DNA of 64,000 bases from Polyangiales bacterium (GCA_038231275.1 JBBRLQ010000023.1:1-64000); one strand, 5' to 3'; positions 51,515 through 61,950 are shown, counted from the first letter of the stretch. Notes: generated by a model from the letters alone, not told the origin. Translations and numbers: made by a program.

Positions 51515-53545
51515 TCAGTTCGACTCGATCTCGTGGACGACCGAGTTACCAGCCGCATCGAACGCACGCACGGCGACGATGTGCGAGCCCGGCGGTACGA
51601 CCGCGCTCACGTCGGCGTCGAGCGCTTCGTCCGCGCTGTCGAACACGCCGTCGGCCGCGGCGAGCGGGCGCCACTCCGGCTTTCCGTCGACCGCGATTTC
51701 GAAGCGCGCGATCGGCCCGACACCATCGACGGCGCGCGCCTTCAACCTGCGGCCGGCGAGCGTCACTCCGTTCAGAAGGGGCGGCGTGTTGTCGACGAGG
51801 ACGAGCGGCGATTCGAGCGCGTGCTTCTGCACTTGATCGGGCGGGTTCGACGGCTCGTCGCTCGCCTCGATGCGCACGCGGTACTTTCCCTCCGGGAGCG
51901 CCAGCGTCTCCCAGTCGAACTCACTCTTCGTCAGAATTTCTTCGCCCTTCAGCGCGTCGCGCCAGAGGTTCTGTCCTTCACGTCGGAATGCGACGCGGTA
52001 GCGGAGCGGATCGTTGTCGGGGTTGTCGACCTTCCACGACACCTTCACGACGCTCTCGTGCTTCGGGGGCTCGCCGCCGCTGGCCGGCACCGTCGCACTG
52101 CCGCCCTCGCGTGAGCCGCGATGCGCGGCGCTTACCTCGGTCACGACCGGCCGAACGTTGTCGGTCACGAACGGCAACGTCACGCCGCCTAGCACCGCCT
52201 TGGGATCGCCGCCCCAACGCGCGCGCACCTGCACGTAGCGGCCAGGCGCCGCGGGGACGACGCCGGGGGCACGGACCGGGTTCGCCCAGCCGCTCCACGT
52301 CGCGTCGGGCGCCGCGGAGTTGCCGGTGCGAATGGACATCTCGAGCACGCCGTTGGCGCGCCAGGAGAGGACGCCGTACTTCGCGCGCAGACCCGCATCG
52401 AGGACCTTGCTCGTCCACACCGCGTCGCCGCCGCCGCGCGCGACCACGCGATGGAACACGGCGCCGTCGCTCGTCGCCACGAACGCCCGCTGCGCGGACA
52501 CGTCGAGCGCGCCGACCTGCCGCTCGTCGGTGTCGGCCACGAGCGTCACCGCGTGCGCGTCGTTGACCGAGTAAACACGGCCTTCCGCGCCGGTGCCGAC
52601 GTACGCCACGCCCTGCTCGTCGAGCGCCAGCGCGGTGTAGTGCATGTCGTCGTGGTGCATCATCTTCTCGGGTCGACCCTGCGCGTCGAAGCGGAAGAGC
52701 GTGCCCTTGCCGGGCTTCGCCTTGGTCGTCGACGTCGGGCCGGACTGCGCGCGCCCGGCGGCCGGGTTCTTACGCGGCGCCTCGGGCGGCTCTCCGTACT
52801 CGTTGCCGGCCGCCCACACGATGCCCTTCCACAGCGCGATGCTCTTCACCTCTTCGCCAGGAAAGTCGTAGACGACCGTCGCGCGTCCCGGCGCGGTGAT
52901 GCGGTAGAGGAGGCCCTTGCCGCTCGAGCCCGCGTACACGTCGCCGTTGTCGGCCACGGCGACCGAGACCATCTGCGGCTCGTCGGACTGGTAGTGGACG
53001 CTCGCTTGACCGCCGGCCTCGATGCGGAAGACCTTTCCCTCGGGACCGGTCGCCGCGAAGACCGACGACTTGTTCTTGTCGAGCGCCAGCGCCCAGATGT
53101 GGCTCGTGTCGGGCAGGTTGACGAAGACGTCGGCCTTGCCCTGGCTGCACTTGAAGATTTTTCCCTCGGGCATGGTCGCCGCGTAGATGACGCCGCTCGC
53201 GGCTTGCACGAGCGAGGTGACGGCGAGCGCCTTCGTGTCGCAGAAGACCGAGACCTGGTCGCCTTGCACCTTGAGCACCTTGCCGTTCGGGCTCGTGCCG
53301 ACCAGCACGCTCCCGTCGGCGAGGGGCAGCGCGGAGAAGACGCTCGTGGCGTCCGGCAAAGGGACGTTGCCGAGCGTGAAGCCCGCGCGCACGACGCCAT
53401 CGGAGCCGACGGCGACGCCCTTCAGGTCGCCGCCCGACAGGCGCTCGAGCGTGTCGAGCTCGAAGGTCCGCGTTCCGACGGCGAGCGCGGAAGATGCCAA
53501 GAAGCCGAGCGACGCGACGGTCGCAGTCAGCGGGAGAAAGCGCAT
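51515..53545 (-). CDS. Secreted multi-blade beta-propeller with FnIII/Ig-like C-terminal domains
   Basis: Signal peptide ending ALA; repeated YA(A/G)T-x-x-x-GK-I/V-F/Y blades; WSGW..GRYVQVRA; PEGKYRVRIEASD; VAVRAFDAAGN. Confidence 0.8.
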   Translation of the reverse strand: MRFLPLTATVASLGFLASSALAVGTRTFELDTLERLSGGDLKGVAVGSDGVVRAGFTLGNVPLPDATSVFSALPLADGSVLVGTSPNGKVLKVQGDQVSVFCDTKALAVTSLVQAASGVIYAATMPEGKIFKCSQGKADVFVNLPDTSHIWALALDKNKSSVFAATGPEGKVFRIEAGGQASVHYQSDEPQMVSVAVADNGDVYAGSSGKGLLYRITAPGRATVVYDFPGEEVKSIALWKGIVWAAGNEYGEPPEAPRKNPAAGRAQSGPTSTTKAKPGKGTLFRFDAQGRPEKMMHHDDMHYTALALDEQGVAYVGTGAEGRVYSVNDAHAVTLVADTDERQVGALDVSAQRAFVATSDGAVFHRVVARGGGDAVWTSKVLDAGLRAKYGVLSWRANGVLEMSIRTGNSAAPDATWSGWANPVRAPGVVPAAPGRYVQVRARWGGDPKAVLGGVTLPFVTDNVRPVVTEVSAAHRGSREGGSATVPASGGEPPKHESVVKVSWKVDNPDNDPLRYRVAFRREGQNLWRDALKGEEILTKSEFDWETLALPEGKYRVRIEASDEPSNPPDQVQKHALESPLVLVDNTPPLLNGVTLAGRRLKARAVDGVGPIARFEIAVDGKPEWRPLAAADGVFDSADEALDADVSAVVPPGSHIVAVRAFDAAGNSVVHEIESN

Positions 53546-53580
53546 GAGGCCTATTTTACACGGCTTCGCAGCGAAGATCT

Positions 53581-55458
53581 TCAGCGAACGACGGGGCGTA
53601 CCTTGACCTTCACCTTGTCGTGCCCCTCGACGTAACGGTCGAGCAGCACGACGGTCCGGCCGTAGCTCGTGAACGCGTCGGGCCCGGTGTCCGAGGTCTG
53701 CGAGCGCAGCGTGTCGAGCGCGAAGCTCGGCAGGCGGGAGGCGACGTGCCCGTTGAAGGCCACGCCCTGCTGAGGAAGCTTGTAGGATACAACGATGCTC
53801 TTGGGCGCCAGGGTCTGGCGCGTCTCGTTGGCGATGAGCTGCTCGAGCGACTCCGGCGGCGAGATCTCGGGCACGACCTCGTAGCCCGGGGCGATCTCGA
53901 GCTCCACGTCCTTGCCCGCGAGCTCGGTCGGGATCTTCACGTCGATCGTCCGCTGCGCGCTGGGTCCGGCGTAGGAGGTGAAGTGCACGACGATGCGCGC
54001 GGTGCCGCCGGCGTCGACGACGCTGTCCTTGAGCTCGACGCCGCGGAGGCGCCAGAGGTCGCGCGTGAAGCTCACGGCGAGCGTGGACTCCACCTTCTCG
54101 ACGCGCGCGTGCTCCCAGGGGTTGTTGAGCACGTCGCCGATGGCGCGGGCGACGCGGGAGTGGCCAAAGTCGCCGCTGTCGGGCATGCCGCCGATCGCGA
54201 CGCCGAAGTCTTCGAGCTCGATCGTGCCCTTGCCGCGAAACGAGACCTTGCTCTTCAAGGACCACGTCACGTCGCGCTTCTCGTTGACCGTCGCCTCGAT
54301 GACCGAGCCGAACGCTGCGGCGGCGAGCGACGTCGACATGAAGCGCTCCTCGGCGACCGTCATGTTCCACGATTTTTTCGGCGCGCCTTCCACGCCGGTG
54401 ACGTCGACGTGGATCGGGAACGTCGGCGCGGTGACCTTCTCGTCGACGGTGATCGAGCTCATTCGATCTTGCACGAGCGCGCCGAGCGGCCGCGCGCTCT
54501 CGCCGATTTTCGACGAGTGCTGATCGCTCGCGAAGATCCACAAAACACGGCCGATCGTGGCGGGGAGGCAGGTGTTGCCGGCGTCCATCATCGGGTGACC
54601 GAAGCCGGAGACCTTGCCACCCTCGGCGTACGTCGCGGTGCCGAGGCCCATGAACGACACGTCGCCGCCGACCAGCTGAACGCCGAGCGCGCCGCCGTTG
54701 ACGTAGTGCTCGGGGGCCCCGTCGGTCTTCGCGTTGCCGCCGCCGACCTGGAGCGGCTCCATGCCGAGCGGCTCGAAGATCTTCTTCACGTACGCGGTCG
54801 CCTTGTCTCCCATGCCGCCGAGCATCAGCGGCGTCGACGCGGGGACGAGGTTCCGTGAGGCGTCGCGCGCGCCGAGGCGATCGGCGATTTGGCGCGCGTG
54901 GGTGTCGAGATCGTAGGTGCCCGGCGCGCCGTCCCATGACGTGGTGCCGCCGTCCAGCGATGCGCGCTTTGCGCCAGCCGCGCGCGGCGTGGCGGCGGGC
55001 AGCGGTCCTTTGCCGTCGATCGGCCAGAAGCCCGGCGGGATCGGGCGGTTCATTTCGGCGAGCATCGGCGCGATCGGCGTGACGCCCGCGACCGGCTCCA
55101 CCTGGAACGACGCCCACGAGTACGCGTACGCGCCGGCGAGGCGGCCATCCAAGTAGATCGGGCTCCCGCTCATGCCGCGGACGTTCTTCGTGATGTTGAG
55201 GCGCGGGTGCGGCGTCCGAACGAGAATGAGCTCCTGCGACGGACGGAAATTGTGGAGGACGCCGATGACCTCGACGTCGAACTTCTCGGGCTCCGTCCCT
55301 TTGAAGACGGTCAGGCCGTAGCCCTTCATGCCTTCTTTGATCTCGTCGACGCCGATCGTGCGCGGCTTCGCGTCGCCGCGCGCGAGAGGAATGGTCAGGC
55401 CGAGCGCCGTGAGGAGACCCACCGCGAGGGCGCCCGAGAAGACGAATTCACCACGCAC
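53581..55458 (-). CDS. SpoIVB (peptidase S55)-like secreted serine protease
   Basis: Signal peptide; GYGLTVFKG..FDVEVIGV; RGMSGSPIYLDGRLAGA; LGTATY..GFGHPM. Confidence 0.85.
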   Translation of the reverse strand: MRGEFVFSGALAVGLLTALGLTIPLARGDAKPRTIGVDEIKEGMKGYGLTVFKGTEPEKFDVEVIGVLHNFRPSQELILVRTPHPRLNITKNVRGMSGSPIYLDGRLAGAYAYSWASFQVEPVAGVTPIAPMLAEMNRPIPPGFWPIDGKGPLPAATPRAAGAKRASLDGGTTSWDGAPGTYDLDTHARQIADRLGARDASRNLVPASTPLMLGGMGDKATAYVKKIFEPLGMEPLQVGGGNAKTDGAPEHYVNGGALGVQLVGGDVSFMGLGTATYAEGGKVSGFGHPMMDAGNTCLPATIGRVLWIFASDQHSSKIGESARPLGALVQDRMSSITVDEKVTAPTFPIHVDVTGVEGAPKKSWNMTVAEERFMSTSLAAAAFGSVIEATVNEKRDVTWSLKSKVSFRGKGTIELEDFGVAIGGMPDSGDFGHSRVARAIGDVLNNPWEHARVEKVESTLAVSFTRDLWRLRGVELKDSVVDAGGTARIVVHFTSYAGPSAQRTIDVKIPTELAGKDVELEIAPGYEVVPEISPPESLEQLIANETRQTLAPKSIVVSYKLPQQGVAFNGHVASRLPSFALDTLRSQTSDTGPDAFTSYGRTVVLLDRYVEGHDKVKVKVRPVVR

Positions 55459-55603
55459 GGGTGAGAGCGTATCCCAAGTCCCACCACCGTGGGCCGCCGC
55501 GGAACGCTTCAGCTTCACGCCACGTCCACGCGTGTGCGCGCATGTCCGCGAGCCGGATGCGTTGACCCGCCGCCGGAGGGGTGGGATCGTTGAGGCTTCG
55601 GAA

Positions 55604-58048
55604 ATGGGTGCAGAGAGCGAAACGGACGAGTTGCTTCCCGTGATTGTCGCGGAGCTCGATGACGAGGCCGCGCGCGACACGCTCGAGGCGGTGGCCTTCG
55701 CCGGTGGCGAGATCTGCGTCCCACTCACGAGCGCGCCTGTCGATGGCTCGCGTCACGTGCTGGAGGTGTACACCCCGGATTCTACGGAGCCTCTCCTCAT
55801 GTGCGCGTTTCCGCTCGGACCGCCGACCGAAAACGGGTTCCTGCTTCGTCTCATGCCGTTCGAGGCGCCGTCGAGCCGGCGGGTGCGCGCGGCGTCGAGC
55901 CCGAGCTTCACGCCCCCTCCGCCCCCCCCGCCGCTCCGGTCGCGTTTCCCAACGAGCAACAGAAAGCTCACCGCGGGTCACGCCGCGGCGCTCACGCAGG
56001 CGGCGCCTGTCGCTCCCGAGCAAGCGCACATTGGGCGCGTGCTCGCGGGCAAGTTGCGCCTCGATAGCCTCGTGGGCGTGGGTGGGATGGGCGTCGTCTA
56101 CCGCGCGACGCACCTCGGGCTGAACATGGCCGTCGCGGTAAAGGTCCTCCACGATCGCCTCCAGCGCGATCTCGATTTCTGTCGCCGCTTCCACGCCGAA
56201 GCGCTCGCGGCGAGCCGCCTCGATCACCCGAACCTGACGCGCGTTCTCGACTTCGGTCAGGAGCCCGACGGGCTCGTGTACATCGCGATGGAGTTCCTCG
56301 CCGGAGCGGACCTGCGCACCGTCATCGCGCGCGATGGAAACCTGTCGCCGCGCCGCGCCGCGCAGACGCTCATCCAGGTGACGCTCGGCCTCACGCAGAT
56401 GCACACGCGCGGCATGGTTCACCGCGATCTGAAGCCGGACAACGTCGTGCTCGTGCGCGGGGAGGACGAGGACGGCAAGCCGATGGAGACCGTGAAGCTG
56501 TGCGACTTCGGCATCGCCGTCGCCAACGGCGCATCGGGCGAGATCGTCGGGACGCCGGAGTACATGTCCCCCGAGCAGTGCCAGGGCAAAGAGTTCGACG
56601 CGCGCGGCGACGTCTACGCGTGCGGTGTGATGCTCTGCGAGATGGTGACGGGCCACGCGCCGTTCGAAGGCGACGACGTGATGATCATCGTCGCGCAGCA
56701 CCTCACCGCCGAGCCGCGGCTCGACCACGTCGACCCGAAGATTGCCGCGGTGGTGCGTAAGGCGATGAAGAAGAACCCGGCGGAGCGCTTCCAGAGCGCG
56801 CGCGATCTGCGGCACGCGTTGCGAGATCTGCTCGCGCCGCCCGCCGCCTCGCCGCCGCCGCTTCCTCCCGGAGCGAAGCGCGGCGCGCAGCCCGAGTGGC
56901 TCGAAGCGAACAACAGCACGTCGGGGAACTACCTCGCCGCGGGGCCGCCGTCGGGCCAGTTCGCGGAGGTGAGCGTCGCGTCGCGCACCGCGTCGGCGAC
57001 GAGCAACACGCTCCAGACCGATCCGTCGCGTTTCTTGACGGACCTGGTCCAGATCATGGACCCGCGAAAGTTCGCCGCGTCGTGCGTGCAGCTGGAGGAG
57101 ATCGTGCCGATCCTCGCCGTGCGCGGGCAGACGGCGACGCTCTGGCGCGTTCGGTCCACGCTGGGCTTGATCGCAGCGGAAGGGCCCCCCGTCACCGGAA
57201 CACGTGCGGCCAGCGCGGCCCGCGTTCTCAAGCTGCTCGACGACGGCGCGGTCCTCGGGCCGGCAGCCGACGAGCTCCTTCGCGAGACGACGCCGTCGCG
57301 GGAGGCGCGCGGCCTGGTCCTCGCCGCCGCTGTCGCGGGCGCCTACGCCCTCTACGGCGCGCGCGTGAAGGTCGCGGCCACGCCCGACGTTCGCTTGCGG
57401 TTCGTGGAGGCGCTACGCGAAATCGGCGCCGCATCGTGGCCGCTTCTCCGCGCGGCGCTCGAGCGCTTGGCGAAGGAGGCGTCGCCGGCCGCCGCGCACG
57501 TCACCGAAGATCTCCTCACCGCGGTGCCTGCGGCCGTCGACGACGCGGGCGGTGCCGCGGTCTCGCTTCACCTCCGGAGTCCCTCGCTCGAGGTGCGGCG
57601 CGCGGCGGTGTCGGCGCTCGCCCGCGCATGGGGAGACCGCGCGCGGCCGCTCTTCGTCGCGCTGCTCCAGGACGCCGACGAGGGCGTTCGTCTCGCGGTG
57701 CTCGCGTCGTTGAGGGCGTCCGCGTCGATCGACGTCGAGGTCGTGCGGCGCATCGGGTCGCTCCTCGCGCGAGATCCGCGGGCCAGCACGCTGCTTCGCG
57801 TGAACGCGGCCGCGGCGCTCCCGAGCGCGTCGGGTCCTGGTCGCGACGCCGCCGCCGAGCTCCTCCGCACGTTCGTCGCGCGTGCTCCGTCCGGCGCGAT
57901 GGGCGAGGAGGTGCTCATCGCCGCGTCGCAGTCCCTGGTGAAGCTCGACCCCGAGAATGGCGCAAAGATCGTGAGCACTCGCGCGGCCGGCGAGTCGATG
58001 GTCCTGCGCCGCCGCCTTCTCGAGATCGCCCGAAACCCAGGCGTCTGA
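55604..58048 (+). CDS. Cytoplasmic Ser/Thr kinase with C-terminal HEAT repeats
   Basis: GVGGMGVVY, VAVK, HRDLKPDN, DFG, GTPEYMSPE; EVRRAAVSAL and GVRLAVLASL repeats. Confidence 0.9.
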   Translation: MGAESETDELLPVIVAELDDEAARDTLEAVAFAGGEICVPLTSAPVDGSRHVLEVYTPDSTEPLLMCAFPLGPPTENGFLLRLMPFEAPSSRRVRAASSPSFTPPPPPPPLRSRFPTSNRKLTAGHAAALTQAAPVAPEQAHIGRVLAGKLRLDSLVGVGGMGVVYRATHLGLNMAVAVKVLHDRLQRDLDFCRRFHAEALAASRLDHPNLTRVLDFGQEPDGLVYIAMEFLAGADLRTVIARDGNLSPRRAAQTLIQVTLGLTQMHTRGMVHRDLKPDNVVLVRGEDEDGKPMETVKLCDFGIAVANGASGEIVGTPEYMSPEQCQGKEFDARGDVYACGVMLCEMVTGHAPFEGDDVMIIVAQHLTAEPRLDHVDPKIAAVVRKAMKKNPAERFQSARDLRHALRDLLAPPAASPPPLPPGAKRGAQPEWLEANNSTSGNYLAAGPPSGQFAEVSVASRTASATSNTLQTDPSRFLTDLVQIMDPRKFAASCVQLEEIVPILAVRGQTATLWRVRSTLGLIAAEGPPVTGTRAASAARVLKLLDDGAVLGPAADELLRETTPSREARGLVLAAAVAGAYALYGARVKVAATPDVRLRFVEALREIGAASWPLLRAALERLAKEASPAAAHVTEDLLTAVPAAVDDAGGAAVSLHLRSPSLEVRRAAVSALARAWGDRARPLFVALLQDADEGVRLAVLASLRASASIDVEVVRRIGSLLARDPRASTLLRVNAAAALPSASGPGRDAAAELLRTFVARAPSGAMGEEVLIAASQSLVKLDPENGAKIVSTRAAGESMVLRRRLLEIARNPGV

Positions 58049-58140
58049 CCGGATCAGGTGAGGCACGCCCATGGGCCGCTCGCGATCCGATTCATGCGCA
58101 GACCTGCGCGTAACATTATGAAATAACGAGACAGTTGGCT

Positions 58141-58156
58141 TGGCCGAGTTCCTGCA
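58141..58156 (+). promoter_or_regulatory. Sigma54-like -24/-12 promoter
   Basis: TGGCCGAGTTCCTGCA (GG-N10-GC) after an AT-rich patch. Confidence 0.45.
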
Positions 58157-58219
58157 CACATTGTGGGTCTACGTAGGCGACAACTTTCCGTCGTCACTGT
58201 CCCCCGAGAGGAACCCGGA

Positions 58220-60103
58220 ATGCTCCGTCACTTCTTCACCTCCGCCGTCGTCGCGCTCGCGCTCCTCCCCGCCGCGGGCGTCTCCGTCGTGGGCTGCTCG
58301 TCCGAGGTCGGTCCGTCCGACGACGGCTCCGATGCGCTCGCCGTCGAGCCGGGACCGAAGGACGTCTCCGGAAGCTCCACCGAGGTGTGGAGCGTCACGC
58401 ACAAGTGGACGGATCGAACGGCCGCCGGCAAGACCTACGAAGAAGACTACGTCGACTGGATCACCAACCTCCGCCGCACCAAGGCGACGCGCTACGGCGA
58501 CACCCTCGAGATCACGACGCCGCCTGGCGCCGCGTACACGCGCACGATGGGCGCGCCGACGCTCGAGTGCGCAGACACGGCGCTCTTCCTCCGCGTCGCA
58601 TACGCGGCGCTCAACCATCTGCCCTTCTACGTGAAGTCGGGCGACGTGTACGGCGGGCACTTTGGCTTCGTCCACAAGGACGGGACGCCGCACTCGGTGG
58701 GTGCAAACTACAAGAACGCGTACAAGGACTACGAGGGCCATTACGCCGACGGGCAGCCCTGGCCGTCGGACGCAACGCTCCGCGCGAAGCACGTCGCCGG
58801 GTACAAGAGCGGCGACGACACGTTCGTCGAGATCACGCCAGGCAACCTCGGCGGCGACGGCGCGTGGTTCGACGAGTTCTTCCTCAACAAGCGCGTCGGC
58901 TGGTTCCTCCTCACGCTCGTCGATCTCTTCGGCAGCACCAACCTCGCACAAGAGGGGAACCTCTTTCACATCAAGCCGGAGGCCACGCGCCCCGGTGACG
59001 CGCTCCTGCATCGCCACGGAAAATACGCGCCGATCGGCCACACGCTGTTCGTCTACCAGGTGCGTCACCCGGCGGCGGATCGCGCGGAGATCGAGGTGGT
59101 CAGCGGCTCGATGCCGGCGCGTCAGGCGTCGTGGGCTCCGCACTACGACTCGCGCAACTACTTCATCTCGGACGAGGGCGGCGGCGACAAGGTCACGACC
59201 GAGTGCCGCTCCGACTACTCGCTCGACTGGAACGATCAGACGCGCTGCACCAAGCAGATCGAAGAGATCCCCAAGCCGGCGAGCGGCGTCTGCAACGCGC
59301 CCTACGAGAAGCACCCGTGGGACGACACCAAGTGCGTGCGCAACGCCGTCGTTCCCGCCGAGCAGACCAATCTCCGCACGCTGGGCGGCGGCATCCGGCG
59401 CTTCCGAACGCCGGTCCTCCAGGGCGGGCACTGGAACAACATCGTCCCGCAGAGCGCGATGAGCGTGTACATCCCCGAGACCGACGCAGAGACGATCGGC
59501 AAGCGCCCGAAGCAGTTCGAGCAGCTCCTCTCTCTCGGGACGCCCGAGCAGCGGAAGGCGGCGGCGATCGCCAACATCGCCAGCGACCGCGACTACATCC
59601 ACACGGCGCCGTCGACGTGCTCGAAGCGCACCGCGCGCGAGGACGCGTTCCAGGAGCTCTATCGCGCCTACTCCGATCTCGGCGAGAACGACCACGCGAA
59701 GATCGACAAGGAGAACCGCAAGCTCGAGGACTACGTCTTCGCCGAGCTCGACTACGACAGCAGCAAGACGTGTTGCTGGAACAGCACGAAGGCCGAGCAC
59801 TTCGACACGATCATGCAGTGGGCGCAGTCGGAGATGACGAAGGCGTCGGCGAATGGCACGTGCATCGCGCCGCCGGTGTTCGAGGCTTCGGGCCCTGGCG
59901 ACGGCTACGAGAAGGTCCGCGCGTACGCGACGTCGAAGAACATGCCGTTCCCGGCGGCGTGGACCGAGGACGAGCCGTGCAAGGCGAAGGCGGTCCAGCA
60001 GGACACGGTCACGCCGCGCGCGAAGGACGCGGATTACTGTGCGACCAACGCGCCGCCGGCCGCGCCGACACCGACGCCTCCCCCTCCTCCCGGGACGCCT
60101 TGA
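58220..60103 (+). CDS. Large lipoprotein, possible papain/NlpC-P60-like Cys-His enzyme
   Basis: GAGGA RBS, lipobox VVGC; LECAD, RPGDALL and IGHT motifs. Confidence 0.7.
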   Translation: MLRHFFTSAVVALALLPAAGVSVVGCSSEVGPSDDGSDALAVEPGPKDVSGSSTEVWSVTHKWTDRTAAGKTYEEDYVDWITNLRRTKATRYGDTLEITTPPGAAYTRTMGAPTLECADTALFLRVAYAALNHLPFYVKSGDVYGGHFGFVHKDGTPHSVGANYKNAYKDYEGHYADGQPWPSDATLRAKHVAGYKSGDDTFVEITPGNLGGDGAWFDEFFLNKRVGWFLLTLVDLFGSTNLAQEGNLFHIKPEATRPGDALLHRHGKYAPIGHTLFVYQVRHPAADRAEIEVVSGSMPARQASWAPHYDSRNYFISDEGGGDKVTTECRSDYSLDWNDQTRCTKQIEEIPKPASGVCNAPYEKHPWDDTKCVRNAVVPAEQTNLRTLGGGIRRFRTPVLQGGHWNNIVPQSAMSVYIPETDAETIGKRPKQFEQLLSLGTPEQRKAAAIANIASDRDYIHTAPSTCSKRTAREDAFQELYRAYSDLGENDHAKIDKENRKLEDYVFAELDYDSSKTCCWNSTKAEHFDTIMQWAQSEMTKASANGTCIAPPVFEASGPGDGYEKVRAYATSKNMPFPAAWTEDEPCKAKAVQQDTVTPRAKDADYCATNAPPAAPTPTPPPPPGTP

Positions 60104-60127
60104 GGGAGACGCGCTAGCCTTGGGGGG

Positions 60128-61246
60128 ATGACGCGCACGACGGCCTCAGGTCACCTCTTCGGGATCGCGGCCGTCTTCGCGGCGTTCGCGTCGTCATGCG
60201 CGAGCAACGCGCCGCGGGCGGACACCGTCTCCGGCGTCGACGCGGGTGGCGGCGTCGATGGAGAGGTGCTTCCGCCCCCCGACGCGACAGTCGGGCTCGA
60301 CGCTTCCGTCGATGCGGCGGACGCGTCGCCGATCGCGGACGGCGGCGGAGGGTGTGGCACGTTCGCAGGGACCGACGCCGGGGCCGACGCCGCCGCGCCG
60401 CCGATTCTGCACACAGTCGTTCCGCAGACGACCGATCCCGCGATCACCGCGACGTGGAACGCGCCGCACTACGCGTACGTCGATCCCCACGCGCCCCTGC
60501 GCTGCAAGCTCGTGCTCTTTCTCGTCGGCCTGGGCGGCAAGCCGGGCGACGCGCAGACGTACATGACGCACGCAGCACGCCAGGGGTTCCACGTGCTCGG
60601 CCTCACCTACGCGAACACCATCTCGCCGGCGCCCACGTGCCAGAACGATCCCGATGTCGACTGCCACTTGAAGCTCCGTCAAGAGGAGCTCGACGGCACC
60701 GATCAGAGCCCGCTCCTCGTGGTATCGCGCGCCGATTCGATCGAGAACCGCATCGTGAAAGCGCTCGCGTACCTCGACGCGACGTACCCCGTCGAAGGGT
60801 GGTCTGCGTATTCGGACACCTCGACGGCGCCGCGCTGGGGGTCGATCGTCGTGACGGGACACTCGCACGGCTCGAGCACCGCCGGCGTCATCGGGAAGCT
60901 GCGCAAGGTCGCGCGCGTCGTCATGCTCGCGGGCCCCTATGACTTTCGCTCGCCTACTGCAGGCGCCACGACGGGGACACCGGCATCGTGGCTCGCGAAG
61001 CCGTCGCTTACGAGCCCGTCGGATTTCTATGCCTTCGTCCATCTGGCCGACACACAGTCGCCGCAGGACGCGACGAACTGGGACGCCGCTGGCCTTCCCG
61101 TCGTCGGCACGCGCGTGAGCGTCGACGGCGCGGCGGCCCCCTACGGCGGCTCGCACCAGCTCACGACGAACATCGCGGGCGGTGGTCACGGCAGCGTCGT
61201 GTCGAACGCGGCGTATGGTTCGGTCTGGGACTACTTGCTCGAGTAG
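60128..61246 (+). CDS. Alpha/beta-hydrolase lipoprotein
   Basis: Lipobox-like SSC; nucleophile elbow TGHSHG; HLAD; C-terminal GH. Confidence 0.75.
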   Translation: MTRTTASGHLFGIAAVFAAFASSCASNAPRADTVSGVDAGGGVDGEVLPPPDATVGLDASVDAADASPIADGGGGCGTFAGTDAGADAAAPPILHTVVPQTTDPAITATWNAPHYAYVDPHAPLRCKLVLFLVGLGGKPGDAQTYMTHAARQGFHVLGLTYANTISPAPTCQNDPDVDCHLKLRQEELDGTDQSPLLVVSRADSIENRIVKALAYLDATYPVEGWSAYSDTSTAPRWGSIVVTGHSHGSSTAGVIGKLRKVARVVMLAGPYDFRSPTAGATTGTPASWLAKPSLTSPSDFYAFVHLADTQSPQDATNWDAAGLPVVGTRVSVDGAAAPYGGSHQLTTNIAGGGHGSVVSNAAYGSVWDYLLE

Positions 61247-61267
61247 CCGTCTTGTAGAGTGGCGGCG

Positions 61268-61936
61268 ATGCGCCGACTCCTGATCGTCCTCGCCGTCACG
61301 GTCGCGTGCTCGAAGTCCTCCGAGTCCGCGACGCCGACTCCGACTCCGACTCCGACTCCGACTCCGGCTCCGACTCCGACTCCGACTCCGACTCCGACTC
61401 CGACTCCGACTCCGACGCCGACTCCGACTCCGACTCCGACGCCGAAGGTGTACGCGCGCGTGCTCCACACCGGTGACTCGATGGTCGGCGGCGGGCTCTC
61501 ACGATCGCTCCGGCCGAAGTTCGAGGCCGAAGGCGCGAAGTACTTTCGCGACGTCTGGGAGAGCGGCTCCCTCCGCGATTTCTCGCGCTCCGATCGCATT
61601 CCGAAGTTGATCAAGGAGGACAAGCCGGACCTCGTCCTCCTCTCGCTCGGCGCGAACGACGTGTACGAGACGAAGCCCGAGGTGATGGCGCCCTTCGTCG
61701 CGAAGATCGCCAAGATGACCGAGGGAGTCGACTGCATCTGGATCGGCCCGCCGATCTGGAAGGACGAGTACAAGCGCCTGGTCCCGGTGCTTCGCGACAA
61801 CGCCGCGCCCTGCAAATTCTTCGATTCGAGCGAGATCGAGATGCACCGCAAACCCGACGGCATCCACCCCGACGAAAAGGGGGGAGAAACCTACGCGGAC
61901 GCGTTCTGGGCCTTCCTGCGGCCGCCTGCGAAGTAG
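61268..61936 (+). CDS. SGNH/GDSL hydrolase lipoprotein (DUF459-like) with (TP)n linker
   Basis: Lipobox TVAC; GDSM, GAND, WIGPP, DGIH. Confidence 0.88.
   Translation: MRRLLIVLAVTVACSKSSESATPTPTPTPTPTPAPTPTPTPTPTPTPTPTPTPTPTPTPKVYARVLHTGDSMVGGGLSRSLRPKFEAEGAKYFRDVWESGSLRDFSRSDRIPKLIKEDKPDLVLLSLGANDVYETKPEVMAPFVAKIAKMTEGVDCIWIGPPIWKDEYKRLVPVLRDNAAPCKFFDSSEIEMHRKPDGIHPDEKGGETYADAFWAFLRPPAK
61331..61444 (+). repeat. Hexamer tandem repeat (ACTCCG) x about 19, encoding a Thr-Pro linker
   Basis: Directly visible; a few ACG/GCT variants. Confidence 0.95.
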
Positions 61937-61950
61937 GCTACGTTTCTCCC

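Noticed and set aside
51515..55117. 1200-aa ORF suggesting a protease-propeller fusion or frameshift
   Set aside because: The upstream part is an off-frame read of the S55 gene. The propeller gene has its own ATG (53545) and signal peptide, and the S55 gene has a clean stop.
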